The notes: generated by a model from the sequence alone, not told the origin. Counted from the whole stretch's first letter, positions 41,700 through 55,483 are shown. The stretch is 63,632 nucleotides of DNA, filler included, from Reclinomonas americana ATCC 50394 (GCA_048213135.1; 9 parts of 5 records of this genome joined end to end with filler, not necessarily neighbours in it), one strand, 5' to 3'. Numbers and translations are program-made.

Positions 41700-42680
41700 T
41701 CACTCACCTCTTCTCGAGCCACTCTCGCCACCACGGGCGGCCGCATTGCGCACTCTTGGCGTGGTGGAGGCTGTGGTGGTGTCGGTGCTGGCGGCGAGCT
41801 TGGCGGCGGCCTCCGTGTTGAGGCTGTTGAGAAAGGCGGCGTTGGCCGACTGCGTCTCCTGCTCGTCCCACATGGATACCGGCAGCGGCACGTGCGACGA
41901 GTTGGTGGAGCGACTGGCGCCGAGCAGTGAGCCCTCGCACTCCATCTCGAAGCACGGCAGCGAGTCGTTGACGTGAAAGTACGGGTTGACGAACAGCTGG
42001 CACCACTGCGCCTGGGAATAGAAGTCGGAGAGCTGCACACCGGCTTGCACACTGCTCATCGCCGCGTGAGACAAGCACACTTGCATACATTGTGCGAGCG
42101 ACGACGCAACAGCAATCCACCGCACGCGCAATACGATGCCGCGCAAAACGACGAACACACGACCAACTGCGCGCTGCCGGTGCGGTTGTTGCTGTCACTG
42201 CCCGTCATGGTCTCGTTGCTGTCGTCTCCCATCTCGTCCATGACGATCATTGTGTCGTTGACCGTCGGCGGCACATGCAACAACATGTGTGCTGCCAAAC
42301 ATCAAGAGTCAACGACATGCCAAATGATGACAGCTCGCATCCGCTTTCACACCTCGCGGCTCACACCAGCTGCACCAGTAGCGACGAATGAACTGCGAGC
42401 ACACATGCGTGGGCGAGTCCACGAGTCCCGCATCCTCCCACCACTGTCGCGTGCGCCAGTACGCAGCGTGCATCGCACTGTCGACAAACTCATCGCAGCA
42501 GGAGGTGGCGTTGCGCAGAGTGCAGTACAGACATGACTCGCACTGATCATTGGTGAGTGAGCGTGGGTGTGTGAGAGAGGGAGGGGGAAAGCAGAGTGAG
42601 AGCAACTGGTTGTGGTTCGTTGCCGAGGGGACACGTGCTCTCCGAGGTGGCGGTGATGTTATCAGCGCGAAGCAGTAACC
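41700..42680 (-). CDS. Cys-rich protein with a folate-receptor/FZ-like domain (5' partial)
   Basis: Cys pattern CLYCTLRNATSCCDEFVD..CSQFIRRYWCSWCEP..VVCSSFCAASYCA..QWCQLF..LPCF across GT-AG introns. Confidence 0.45.
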
Positions 42681-42729
42681 TGGTGAGTGATCAGTGAAGG
42701 AAAGAATTGAGGGCACTGTGTGTGTGTGT

Positions 42730-42835
<106 letters not shown>

Positions 42836-43788
42836 TAGTACGTACGNNNNNNNNNNNNNNNNNNNNNNNNNNNNNNNNNNNNNNNNNNNNNNNNNNNNNN
42901 NNNNNNNNNNNNNNNNNNNNNNNNNNNNNNNNNNNNNNNNNNNNNNNNNNNNNNNAGTGAATGAGCAAGTGTCCGACTCCTCGCGCTCACCTCACAGGCA
43001 CATCGCCCAGCGACATCGGGAAACACCATACACACACACTCGACACACAAAGCAACACCAAAAGCACCGCGAAACACGCACAACCTCGCCTCATTCTAAC
43101 TCAAGAAGAAGAAGAAGAAGAAGAGGAAATTTCCACGCACTGTGTCACACAACTCCGCAGTCTCCCGTGAAGAGAACAGCATCATGGCCTCGCCACAGAG
43201 TGTTGCGTTACACACACATGCACACACTCACACACTCAAATGCACACGCACACGCACACACAATCAACAAACACATGACACACAACTTATGCACACTCCC
43301 TCACACACGCACACACTCTCTCTCACGCACACACACACACTCTCTCTCTCTCACGCACACACACGCATAGCCAGCACGACTGATGAACACCCACTGATGA
43401 TAATCTGATGTCACATTCACTGATTCATTCATTGCACACAGGGCGACTCCTCCGACTCACAAGCCTACGCCGACTCGTATCAGTCGCCGCCTCCACCACT
43501 GCCTCCGCCTTCCTCCACTGCTGCATCAGTGGCAACTNNNNNNNNNNNNNNNNNNNNNNNNNNNNNNNNNNNNNNNNNNNNNNNNNNNNNNNNNNNNNNN
43601 NNNNNNNNNNNNNNNNNNNNNNNNNNNNNNNNNNNNNNNNNNNNNNNNNNNNNNNNNNNNNNNNNNNNNNNNNNNNNNNNNNNNNNNNNNNNNNNNNNNN
43701 NNNNNNNNNNNNNNNNNNNNNNNNNNNNNNNNNNNNNNNNNNNNNNNNNNNNNNNNNNNNNNNNNNNNNNNNNNNNNNNNNNNNNNNN

Positions 43789-43824
<36 letters not shown>

Positions 43825-43828
<4 letters not shown>

Positions 43829-44225
43829 TACGTGTGCTGTTTCGGTGTCATGAGGAGTCTGCATTGCGCGGATTCACTCATGACTTTTGAAGCTGTCATT
43901 CTTCCCCTTCACTGTCGTGGCGTTTGTCTCCTTAAGGCTGTCTCTCTCTCTCTCTGTTTGTGTGTGCTGTTTCGGTGGCATCGGAAGTGTGCATTGTGTG
44001 CATGACTTTTGAAGCTGTCTCTTCTTCTCCTTCACTGTCACGGCGTCTCTCGTGACTTCCTTGCTGCTGTCTCTCCCTCACACATTCTCTGTCTCATTCT
44101 CTCTGTGGCTGTTGTTCGTGTGCTGTTTCGATGGCATCGGGAGTGTACATCGTTCACTCAGTTTGTTGAAGCTGTCTATTCTTCCCCTTTACTGCCAAGG
44201 TGTTTCTCATGACTTCCCTGTTGCT
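43825..44225. repeat. Degenerate tandem repeat (3 units)
   Basis: gtgctgtttcg[ga]tg and tttgaagctgtc..cttcactg cores recur three times. Confidence 0.65.
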
Positions 44226-44291
44226 GTCTCTCTGTTCTCTCTTTCTGTTTCTCCTCTCCCTGCCCTCTCACACCCTCACCTCTTTTCCAGA

Positions 44292-47200
44292 ATGGCCAGG
44301 GACTCGCCGGCTGGCCCCGTGTCACCAGACACCGAGCACCTGTTGTCACATCGGGAGAACAGCTCCGGTAATGGCAACGGCGCTTTGCGATACGGCGATC
44401 GCTTTCGTTACGTTCATGTTTTCCAGGGAGGAGAAACATGCAGCGTGCTGATTCTCCCCGGCTAATAGCACGCGCGCACGGCGCCGACGACGCCGAGGAA
44501 TACGACGCCGAATACAGCAGTGGCGAGGACGACGAGGAGAGCGGTCACCGAGGCACACACGATGCGAGGCGGTCGTCCATCATGCAGCCAGCCGATCACC
44601 AACCACCCTCGTCGCTGGAGCGCAGGACAAGTGCACGGACGCATTCAGCAAGAAAGGTCAATCTCAACTCCTTCCTCCCCCTTCACCTCTCTCTTATTTC
44701 TCACTCTCGCCCCGCGCAGGTCAAGACCATGTTGCCGGCCACGGCATTCCTGCATCATGCCTCGTCCACACCGAATGCGACAAATGGCAGCGTCAACAAT
44801 GACGGCGACGATGGCGACGCAGCCGCCGCTGCCGCTGCTGGAGCTGGTGGTGGTGGTGGCGGCGGCGGCGCCCAGCATCACCACACACCCGGTGGTCGAC
44901 CCAATGGCCACGGCCGCACCAGCCTTCGTGAGCGTTCCATGTCGTTGTACTCGCTGGACGAGTCGGCGGCCGCCAAGTTGCCACAGTACGCTGTGGTGCC
45001 CACGCGCAACAAGCTCATTTTTGACTGCCGCGAGCTGTTTGCGGTGTCCAAGCCGTTCTACTACTTGCTGCGGAGTTTGTCGTTGTGGTGCGTCAAAGAG
45101 GCAATGGGGGGGAATGACGATAAGATTGTGATTCTTTATCTTGCTTCCCTTTCAACCCTCTCGCGGCCACTTCGTCTCTCCCTCGTTTGCCGCTTTCTAT
45201 CCTGGTTTCTTTTTCCCCCACGCCCCGTAGCTCGCTCAGCTCAGTGAGCTCTTTCTGCCCCTTGGTTGTCTGTCTGTTTGTCTGTTTCGTTCCCTGCATT
45301 CGCTCCCTCTCTCTGCCTCCTTGTTACTCTCTTTGCTTGTTTGTGTCTCACTGCCCTTGACTCCGTATCTCCCGTCCCTCTCTCCCACATTTCTCTCTCT
45401 TCTCTCTCTCCCGCCCTCCCTCCGTCCTTGTGGCTCTCTTTGCTTATATGTCCGTCTCTGCCCCGTTTACTCTCTCCCTCTCCCTCTCCCTCACCTCCTC
45501 CCTCTCCCTCCCTCTCCCTCCCTCTCCCTCACCTCCTCTCTCTCTCCCCCTCTCTTTCCTTCTCTCCCCATCCCTTCCCCCATATGCAGGCACCCGAGTT
45601 CCTGGGCCTGGACGTGGCACATTCTGCTCATCGTTTTAATGTCGTCGGTGGCCATTGGCTGCCAAGTGATTGCACTGGTGCTCTTTGATCAGGCCGAGCA
45701 TGAGCAGGTGCGTGCCAGTGCGCGTGCTCTCTATCACTTCTCCCACCGGTGTCGCCTGACATTGGATGCGCGCAGCTCTACAACATTCTGATGAGCATCT
45801 TTTTTGTCGCCTCGGTGGCATTTGCGCTGGCCTACACGTATTCACATGATTTCATCCGACTCATGCAAGAGTGTGTGTACTCGGTGCGTTGTTGACGGGA
45901 GAGAGAACATGATTATGTGGCGCACTTACCGCTCACTCCTGTCGCGCAGGATCTCGCGGCCACAAGGAAAGCATTGAATCAAGTGGTGCTGGTGTGGTTC
46001 TTTTTCGTGGCCATCGGAATCGGAGTGGACACGCCAGTCGTTGCGTTGTCGTGGAGGGTCGTGGTATACGCTTGCGCCTTCTCCACTTACCTGGGTATGT
46101 TGTGTGTAGAGCGTGCACTACATCCAGCACGACATTCAACGATACGAAGTTTCGTCATGATACTGGTCGTCCTTTTTCTCGTCTCCATCGCCTGACGTTT
46201 CCCTCCTCCCTTCAGGTATGGATCACATTGCTCATTGTCAGCGACGTTGTGTTCCACATGCTGGCGTCGGGCGCAATCTGCATCTTCATCGCCATCTGCA
46301 TGCTGAAGGTGTGAAATATTCTGACCTCCTTCTCTCTCCTTCGCACAGCCTCACATGTGCCTCGTGTCAGGTGCTCGAGTGGACCAGGCTTGTACATCGC
46401 ATCCAGGAACGAGGCGTCACAAATACTCATGTAAGCCAATACAGAGAGAATGGGAAAGACGTGTGTTCCTGTCACTAACGACGACCTGCGCAGCGAACCA
46501 TGCGTGACCACATGTCCATGGCGGATGCACTGTCGGATACCAACAAGAAAGTGGAAGTTGCGCGCACCACGCAAACCGTAATAGAGCAGGAAGTAACTCA
46601 CAAATAACTTGCAGTGGTACCTCGGCACGGTGATTTTGGTGTGCATCGGCTTGATCGTAGTGGAGGTGTATTCGCAAGTGCAGAACGGCAGCTCATTCGT
46701 GTGGATCATCCGCTTCATCCACACGACGATCGTCGGGCTCATCTTTTTGTTGGCGGCCGCCGTCGTCACATCACGGTCCGGCAAGGTGAGCGAGTTTGAC
46801 TGCCCCCTGTTTCTCTGTTGTCGCTTGAATCAAGTGCGGTGTGTGAGTCCGACTCTGCGGAGTGGAGTCGGTGGTGTTCCTCTCTCTCTCCTCTTCTCTC
46901 TCTGTATCTCGTTCTGCGTGCCTCTGTTCTTCTTCTCACCGCTGTGTGTAGAGTCGGAAGGCGGTGGCCCGCTTGCGCACGCTGGTCACCAACAACGAGA
47001 CGCTGGTGCGCGATCTCGACTCGCTCCTGTTATATTACATGTCGGTGGGCGAGAGCACCGGCTTCAAGATCTACGGTGCGTTCACTCGCAAGGCAGGTTA
47101 TTGTTTCGCTCGTGCTCATCGCTCTTCGTTGCAGGTCTGCGACTGGATTTTGGTTTTGTGACCAAGGTATGTGAGAGAGGCTTTCTCCAAATCTACCTGT

Positions 47201-47298
47201 CCTTGCTCACCCTCCTCTGTGTGCAGACGGCACTATCCGTGTTCACCATTTGCGCGTTCGTGGTGACACACACGGTGCAGAACAAAAAGATGAATTGA
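44292..47298 (+). CDS. 7TM ion channel of the insect odorant/gustatory receptor superfamily (GRL/DUF3537-like)
   Basis: The spliced product has a long cytosolic N-terminus, seven hydrophobic segments, TM6 GLIFLLAAAVVTSRSGKSRKAVARL and a split TM7 DLDSLLLYY..TGFKIYGLRLDFGFVTKTALSVFTICAFVVT near the C-terminus. Confidence 0.75.
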
Positions 47299-47432
47299 TG
47301 CGCTTGTTGAAAATGTACGACGCTGTCAGCGAAGAATAAGAAAGCATGCTTCGACTTCGCAATTCTCTGTCTTTAGGGCTCTTGCGCGTCGTCCGTCCTG
47401 CATCTCGTGTCCCTTCAACAAAAGATTCGACG

Positions 47433-49430
47433 ATGGAATATGTGCAGGCAGCGGGCGCTCTCGCCCTCGGCCTCTCTGCACCTCTCATCGCCCTCGTGCG
47501 ACACGGCCTCACAGTCGACGAAGCCGCACAACTCGACGTTATTCCGATCCATACACACTAATCACTGAGGACGGACACTCACTCTCTTTGCCGACACACA
47601 GGGACCTCTCCGTTTCGCGGTCTACGGTGGCATCTTCGAGCTGCCGTTGCCCTCACCGCTTCTTTACATAACGCCAGTGGTGGACGGCGAATCACCGCTC
47701 ACGCGACACTCCACCATTCGTCAACTGTGTGATCGCATCGAGCGTGCCGAGTGTCTCTCCACGCTCGGCTTCTCTGTGGAGGTCTCTCTGCTGGCCGCAC
47801 TGTTCACGGAGCAGAAGGCCGATGGGACAGAGCGTTCGCGAGTGATCTATGCGCGAGTGGACGATGAGAGGAGCAGTCGCACACTGGCCGACGTGTTTGG
47901 ATCGAGGCCGACGATGCCTCAGCGATTGCTGGTGCGGCTTGTGCGTCGCGTGCATGCAGAGGAGGCTGCAGAGGAGGACAGCATGCAAGTGATTACGCAG
48001 TTGAGGAACGAGTTGTCGGCGTACGATTGGTTGGTGGAGTTTTTTGATGCTGATTTTTTCGTGCAGTGTTCCGGGAGCGCTGAGCGTTGTGCATTTCGCC
48101 GTGTTGACGCACGACGTGGCACGTTTGCGGCTGAAAGTGGGCGCGCATGTGCGAAAGAAGCGCGAGTCGTTGATGGCACGGACGATGGATGGCTGGACTG
48201 TTGCGTGAATACCTGTGGAGAACGTTGGGGTGCCGGAGACTCACGAGGAGGGGAAACTGTGGCAGGCAATGCATCTCGCCATCTTTGTGAACAGTGCGGA
48301 GGCGGCGGAGACGCTGCTTGCGGCTTGCCCCGAACTGGCCATGGTCGGTGGGCATGATGCCATGCTGGTGAGTTGAGATCGGAGAGAAGTGCGTGTGGTT
48401 TGTTTTACTGCTCTGACGATAATACACGCACAGCCGATCCACTTGGCGGCAACACGAGGCACCATGGAGATTGCGCGGGCACTGATCGAAACCAATCATC
48501 TCGTGCCCGAGTATCTCAATCAGCAGAACCGACTGGCCCTGCACTTGGCGGTGCTGCAGGACAACGACGACATGGTGCGTCTGCTGGCGGAGAAATTCCC
48601 CGCAGGCGTCAAGCAGCGCGACGACGACGGCAAGCTGGTGCGTGCGTTATGAGCAATACTTGTTGCCTGGTTTCGCGCTCATCACANNNNNNNNNNNNNN
48701 NNNNNNNNNNNNNNNNNNNNNNNNNNNNNNTTAATTAATTAANNNNNNNNNNNNNNNNNNNNNNNNNNNNNNNNNNNNNNNNNNNNATACATTACGCCGC
48801 GGCCAATGGCAATCTGGACATGCTGATGATGATTGCGGAGATGGCGCCCGAGTCGCTGGACTCGCTGACCGACACGTTGGAGTCGGTGATGCTGACAGCG
48901 GCGGAAAATGGTGCGCTGCGCGAGGTGGTCTGCTGTGGTGTGATGACTGACTTTGGCGAGTGCAGGACACTGTTCGGTGGTGGAGTATTTGCTGGAGACT
49001 GCGCCGCAGCTGGTGACGGTTGCCGACGAACGTGGCATGACACCGCTGCACTGCGCCGCTTGTCGCGGCCACGCCGACATTGTCAACGTGCTGCTGTCGG
49101 CATCGCCCACATCAAGCAGCCGGGCCACCGTCAAGGGCGGATTCCTGGTGTGTGCTGGCCCACCAATGACATTGAGGTGCATTGCTGACCCATTCTCCTT
49201 CTCTCTCTTTTACGCAATAGCCACTGCACCTGGCGGCCACCCACGGACACGTCGAGGTTGCCGATATCCTTCTGCGTGCCAACCCCAAGGCCGCCACCAC
49301 GGCGACCACCGGTGGTTCTCTGCCGGTGCACATGGCTGCCGCGTGCGGCAGCGTTGCACTCCTGCGACGATTGTTGCAGGATGATGCCAATCCGGAGGGC
49401 GATATGATGGAGAGCAGCGATGGGCGATTG
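47433..49430 (+). CDS. Ankyrin-repeat protein
   Basis: DGWT|AMHLA, PIHLAATRG, LALHLAVLQDN, HYAAANGN, GMTPLHCAACRGHADIV, PLHLAATHGH, GSLPVHMAAACG. The 3' end is uncertain. Confidence 0.85.
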
Positions 49431-49539
49431 GTGAGAGTGGGGGAAGGGGAGGGGAGGGGGAACGGGGGGAAGGGCGGGGAAGGGAAAGAGAGGGAGAGTG
49501 ATGTTGGTGCAGTTCTGAAAGTACTTTGTTCTCGCGTTC

Positions 49540-50420
49540 TCGCTTTAAACTCTCGCCAGTTCAGCGAGAGTAGAGATAGTCCAGCAGGCCCTGTCTCGTT
49601 GCAGTCGATGCAGTTGTGGCAGTGCTTTCTCCTTTCGTTCATGTGACGCTCTGAAATATCGCTACGTCTGCAAGTGAGAGGAAGCTGAGATAAGTCCAGT
49701 ATGTATTTGCGATACGTCTCGCATTCTTGGCGTGCGTCTTCTCTTCTGATCTATCTGCACTTCTGCAATTGAGAGGTTCTCAGTCCAGCCGGCGATGCCT
49801 CGTTGATGACGATGCAGTTGTGGCAGTGCTTTCTCCTTTCGTTCATGTGACGCTCTGAATTATCGCTACGTCTGCAAGTGAGAGGAAGCTGAGATAAGTC
49901 CAGTATGTCTGTCGATACATCTTGGCGTGCGTCTACGCTCTGAGCTATCGCCAGTTCAGCGAGGATAGAGATAGCCCAGCCGACCCGGCTTGTTGCAGCC
50001 GATGCAGTTGTGGACTTGCTTTCTCCTTCGTTCACATGACGCTTGGGTCTGCAAGTGAGAGGAAGCTGAGATATGTCCAGTATGTCTTTCCGATACATCT
50101 CGCATTCTTGGCGTGCGTCCGCGCTCTGACCTGTTGCCAGTGCTGCAATTGAGAGGTTCTCAGTCCAGCAGGCCGTGCCTCGTTGCGGTCGATGCAGTCG
50201 TGGAAGTACTTTCTCCTTTCGTTCATGTGACGCTCTGAAATATCGCCTGGTCTGCAAGTGAGAGGAAGCTGAGATTAGTCCAGTATGTCTGTCGATACAT
50301 CTTGGCGTGCGTCTTCGCTCTGAGCTATCGCCAGTTCAGCGAGATAGAGATAGTCCAGCAGGCGATGCCTCGTTGATGACGATGCAGTTGTGGAAGTGCT
50401 TTCTTCGTTCATGTGGTTTT
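49540..50420. repeat. Degenerate tandem repeat, about 180-205-bp period
   Basis: tctgcaagtgagaggaagctgaga core near 49667, 49871, 50048 and 50251, with shuffled sub-blocks. Confidence 0.8.
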
Positions 50421-50568
50421 CCTTTGCCACAGCCAGTATGTCCTTCTCTCGCGACTGGTTCCGAAACAGCACAATAATCTGCCTTGCTTTACAGCATGCT
50501 TCTGCACCTCTATAACCTTCCTCCAACCCCCCCCCNNNNNNNNNNNNNNNNNNNNNNNNNNNNNNNNN

Positions 50569-52460
50569 ACTGGATCTCACGCTGGTGCGTATGCCGCGGC
50601 GACCATGGTGTGGATTCAAGTGTATGTGTCGCTGATGAGTTCGTGAGTAGGAGTCGTCGGTGGAGGTGGTAGGCGAGTTGGCGCGTGACGAGCGTGCGCC
50701 GGGAGGCTTTGAGATTCGTGCCGATTTCTGGCGCACGATTCACCGCGCCGATCCGTCGTTCACGATGCGTGTGAACCCCGACTCGAACGTCGACACGCTG
50801 ATGGACAACAGGCATCTGACGCTGCGCGGCGACCGCGTGACCAAGATCATGCGCATGCGGTGAGTAGAGAAGGCAGCGTTCGATTCCTGCGGGCGATGCT
50901 GCTTGCTCACTCTCCTCGTCCTCCTCCACTCAGTGACTGGATCATCCGCGCCCTCCGCGACCACTTCTTCGAGAAGAACTTCCACGAGGTGATGCCGCCG
51001 ACCCTGGTGCAGACGCAGGTGGAGGGTGGCTCCACGCTGTTCGAGCTGAACTACTTTGGCGAGAAGGTGTGATCCAGTTCCTGTCGTGGTCCCCAGTGCT
51101 CATCGTCGTCATTCATCATTGCTGCGCAGGCCTACCTGACGCAGAGCTCCCAGCTCTACTTGGAGACCGTGAACACCTCGCTGGGCGACGTGTTCTGCAT
51201 TCTTCCGTCGTACCGCGCTGAGCAGAGCCACACTCGCCGTCACTTGTCCGAGTTCACTCACTTGGAGGGTGAGATGCCGTTCATCACGTTTGAGGAGCTG
51301 CTCGGCTACCTGGAGGACATGGTGTGCGACGTGTCGCGCCGCATGCTGGAGGCGCACGGCGCGGAGTTGCTGGAGATGAACCCGGATTTCAAGGTGTGGC
51401 AGCGACCGTTCCGCCGCATGCGCTACTCGGAGGCCATCGCCTTTTGCCAGGAGCACGGCATTGCCAAGAACGACAAGGGCGAGCAGTTTGAGTATGGCGA
51501 TGTGCGTGCACTTGTTGGCAGGAGGAGGGGGAGAAAGGGGAGGAGTAGTGGAGGTTGCTGACATGGATTGGCGTGGCAGGATATCTCCGACGCCCCCGAG
51601 CGCAAGATGCTGGAGCTCATTGGCGAGCCGGTGTTCCTCACGCACTTCCCGGCGGCCATGAAGTCGTTCTACATGCAGCCGGTGCCGGGAGAGGAGGACT
51701 TGACGGAGAGTGTGGACTTGCTGGCGCCGGGTGTGGGCGAGATTGTCGGTGGATCCATGCGCATATGGGAGGAGGTGGGTGAAGGGGGTAGGAGGGAGAA
51801 GGGAAGGGAGGAAGAAGGGGGAAGGGCGAAGAGAGGAGATGCGCATGGTGAGGCTCTTCTCAGGAGAGTTTCTCATTGTGTGTGCGTGCGCGTGTATGTG
51901 TATGAGTGAGAGGAAAGAGGTTGANNNNNNNNNNNNNNNNNNNNNNNNNNNNNNNNNNNNNNNNNNNNTTAATTAATTAANNNNNNNNNNNNNNNNNNNN
52001 NNNNNNNNNNNNNNNNNNNNNNNNTGCATTTTGTCGTGTATAGATTTCACGCCTCTCTCCTTCTCTTTTTCTGTGCATGCGGGTGCCTGTGGGTGAGAGT
52101 GAGTGTGTGTCATTTTGGTGACAACTCGGGTCGTCTGTTGTGTGGGGCACATCACAGGCAAGCCTGCTCTTGTCTTTCGATCGCGCTCTCCCTTTCTCCC
52201 TCTCTCTCACTTTGTTCCACAAATCATCTGAAAGCACGGCACTCACTGCTCGCGTGCAGGAGAAACTGATTGCTGGCTTCCAACGCGCCGGCATTGCTCC
52301 CGACGTCTACTACTGGTACATTGATCAGCGCCGCTACGGCTCATGCCCGCACGGTGGTTTCGGTCTCGGTGTGGAGCGCTTTGTGATGTGGATGGCCAAC
52401 GTGCCGCACATTCGTGACGTGCCAATGTTTGCGCGCATGATGGGTCGCTGCAAGCCCTAA
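50569..52460 (+). CDS. NARS1: Cytosolic asparaginyl-tRNA synthetase (5' part in gap)
   Basis: [115 protein letters not shown]. Confidence 0.97.
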
Positions 52461-53499
52461 GGTGGAGGACGCAGAGTTGGGGGGGAGAGTCGTGTGGGGG
52501 TTTGTTTCACAGTTTGTCTTTTTGTGTGTGGTGGCGCTTGTTCTGCGCACAGTGAATGGGAGACACAGAGATGGACAACAGGAGATCTCAGCGTTTCATT
52601 GTGGTGACAGAGATAGGGAGGAGAGTGGATGAGGGCTGCACTGTGGTTGAAAGTGAGTAACCGAGAGGCTCTTCTCTGTCCCTCTCCCGTTGACAGCAAG
52701 GAGTGTGGGCGAGGTAGTAATCGTGTGGTTCTCTTCTCCCCCTCTCTCCCTCTCAGACGGCACTGGCATAGCGGGGCTCTGTCTCTCTCCCTCTCTCCCT
52801 CTCCCTTCCCTCTATCCCTCTCCCTCCCTCCCTCCCTTCTCTCTTCCACTCCCTATTGCAGCGTGTTGGCCGTCAGATCAAGTGTAACGGAATCTCATGG
52901 ACAGCACACACTTGCACAGCACATACACACAGAGACAGACACACACACACACACAGAGTGCAAGACCGACCAGCACACTCGCACCTCTCCGTCTCTCATT
53001 CACTCAACTCTCTTTCTTCGTGCACACCCCGAACCACAGTGGCAATTGCAAGGTGACGAGGTCACCTGCGCACAACCTGGGACGAGCGTGCACGAAACAC
53101 GAAAGAGAGGGGAACAAAGTGCGAGAGGAGAATGCAGAGTGCGCACAGGCGGCATCACACACACATGTGCATGTGCAAAGCGTCTGTGTGCGTGTGTGTG
53201 CGTGTTTTTCAGTGTGTGCGTCTCCTTCCTTAATTGATGATCATCATTGGCGAAGACGCAGCACGGATGCACACCAACAGGCAAGTGAAGTGAGTGAGGG
53301 CGAGAGAGAGTGTGTGTGTGCGTGGCCATGTGCAGATGCACATGCACAACACACACACACAAACTTCCGACCACACCCCGCTCACTCGCACGCAGGCAGT
53401 GCACCCGTGCGTCGCCCACTGCAACTCCTGTCGCGATCAACTCCCCTCGCGCTTGCCAACTGCATGCGTGCGTGTGGACTGTGTAAGTGCCTCGCGGCC

Positions 53500-55170
53500 T
53501 CCTAAGATATCTATTCTCTCGAGTGTTTTCATCGCCCCACAACCGGCAACGCATCACGGTGAGGTGTGCGTGCATCGTGTCGCAGGGGCTATAAACTCGG
53601 CCTTTCATCGTCACCGTCCGCAACACGAGGCGTCCACCGACAATGTGGCCAGCATGCACGAGGGTGATCGCGACAAACGAGGCACTTGGNNNNNNNNNNN
53701 NNNNNNNNNNNNNNNNNNNNNNNNNNNNNNNNNNNNNNNNNNNNNNNNNNNNNNNNNNNNNNNNNNNNNNNNNNNNNNNNNNNNNNNNNNNNNNNNNNNN
53801 NNNNNNNNNNNNNNNNNNNNNNNNNNNNNNNNNNNNNNNNNNNNNNNNNNNNNNNNNNNNNNNNNNNNNNNNNNNNNNNNNNNNNNNNNNNNNNNNNNNN
53901 NNNNNNNNNNNNNNNNNNNNNNNNNNNNNNNNNNNNNNNNNNNNNNNNNNNNNNNNNNNNNNNNNNNNNNNNNNNNNNNNNNNNNNNNNNNNNNNNNNNN
54001 NNNNNNNNNNNNNNNNNNNNNNNNNNNNNNNNNNNNNNNNNNNNNNNNNNNNNNNNNNNNNNNNNNNNNNNNNNNNNNNNNNNNNNNNNNNNNNNNNNNN
54101 NNNNNNNNNNNNNNNNNNNNNNNNNNNNNNNNNNNNNNNNNNNNNNNNNNNNNNNNNNNNNNNNNNNNNNNNNNNNNNNNNNNNNNNNNNNNNNNNNNNN
54201 NNNNNNNNNNNNNNNNNNNNNNNNNNNNNNNNNNNNNNNNNNNNNNNNNNNNNNNNNNNNNNNNNNNNNNNNNNNNNNNNNNNNNNNNNNNNNNNNNNNN
54301 NNNNNNNNNNNNNNNNNNNNNNNNNNNNNNNNNNNNNNNNNNNNNNNNNNNNNNNNNNNNNNNNNNNNNNNNNNNNNNNNNNNNNNNNNNNNNNNNNNNN
54401 NNNNNNNNNNNNNNNNNNNNNNNNNNNNNNNNNNNNNNNNNNNNNNNNNGTCACCACTTGTGCCAGGCCAAAGTCGATCAGCCGGCTGCTCTTGAGCACG
54501 CGATCGTACATCACGTTCGACTGCTTGACGTCGCCGTGCACCACCATGTTTTCGTGGCAGTGCTGCAAGGCCAGCAACAGCGTGTACGCGAAGTGCACCA
54601 GGTCGTCCATCGCGACGAGTGAATCGCTGGCGTATCGCGGCATCCACATGGTCCGAGTGTGGCGATCGTACTCGACCACCTGCACGAAGCATTGACGCAC
54701 GGGCGACTGCTCGTCCATGTGCCGCCACAGCACGTCGATCACTTGCGCCTCATTCAGCATCGTCGCCATGGCCACGCGTCTCTCCGTCGATCGCGATCGG
54801 TCGTCGAGCAGCTTCAACGTCTTGCCCACCAGCGCACCGTTGCCAGTCGCCACTGTGTATGTGGGGGTGTGTGGAGGGTGTCATGATATCACGATCAAAA
54901 GGAAGCAAGCGAAGCTACGTGTGCGCTGCGTACGCAACGTTTGCCGGATCTCTGCTTCTTCTTCGGTGGCCACGGTGCTTGCAAGTTTTTCTGCAGCCAT
55001 TCGAGCGCTGCGCCAGAGAGACTGATAGTGAGTGTCGGTGAAGGTATCTGATCATCGGCGCAGAACTCACTCGCTAGCTGCGCAGCCGAGAAGCTTCCGG
55101 TTTCTGGGGATTCGGAGCTGCAGCGCCGGCAGCAGCAGAGGGCGCGGATGCGGATCCAGCAGCAGATGCC
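53500..55170 (-). CDS. Ser/Thr protein kinase (interrupted by a gap)
   Basis: LVGKTL (VAIK-like), LLLALQHCHENMVVHGDVKQSNVMYD..RLIDFGLAQV. Both ends are uncertain. Confidence 0.8.
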
Positions 55171-55413
55171 ATGGTGCTGCAAACGGGCCAAGGGATGTAC
55201 CATGTGAGTGAGAGGTGTGCTGATGTGATTGCGGCGCGAGGAGGTGGAGAGATGAAGGAGAAAGAACATGCATTTACATAAGAAAAAGTGTGCAACGATG
55301 ACGACGGTGGTTGNNNNNNNNNNNNNNNNNNNNNNNNNNNNNNNNNNNNNNNNNNNNTTAATTAATTAANNNNNNNNNNNNNNNNNNNNNNNNNNNNNNN
55401 NNNNNNNNNNNNN

Positions 55414-55483
<70 letters not shown>

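Noticed and set aside
49540..50420. CRISPR-like array or MITE
   Set aside because: Degenerate tandem units with no spacers or terminal inverted repeats.
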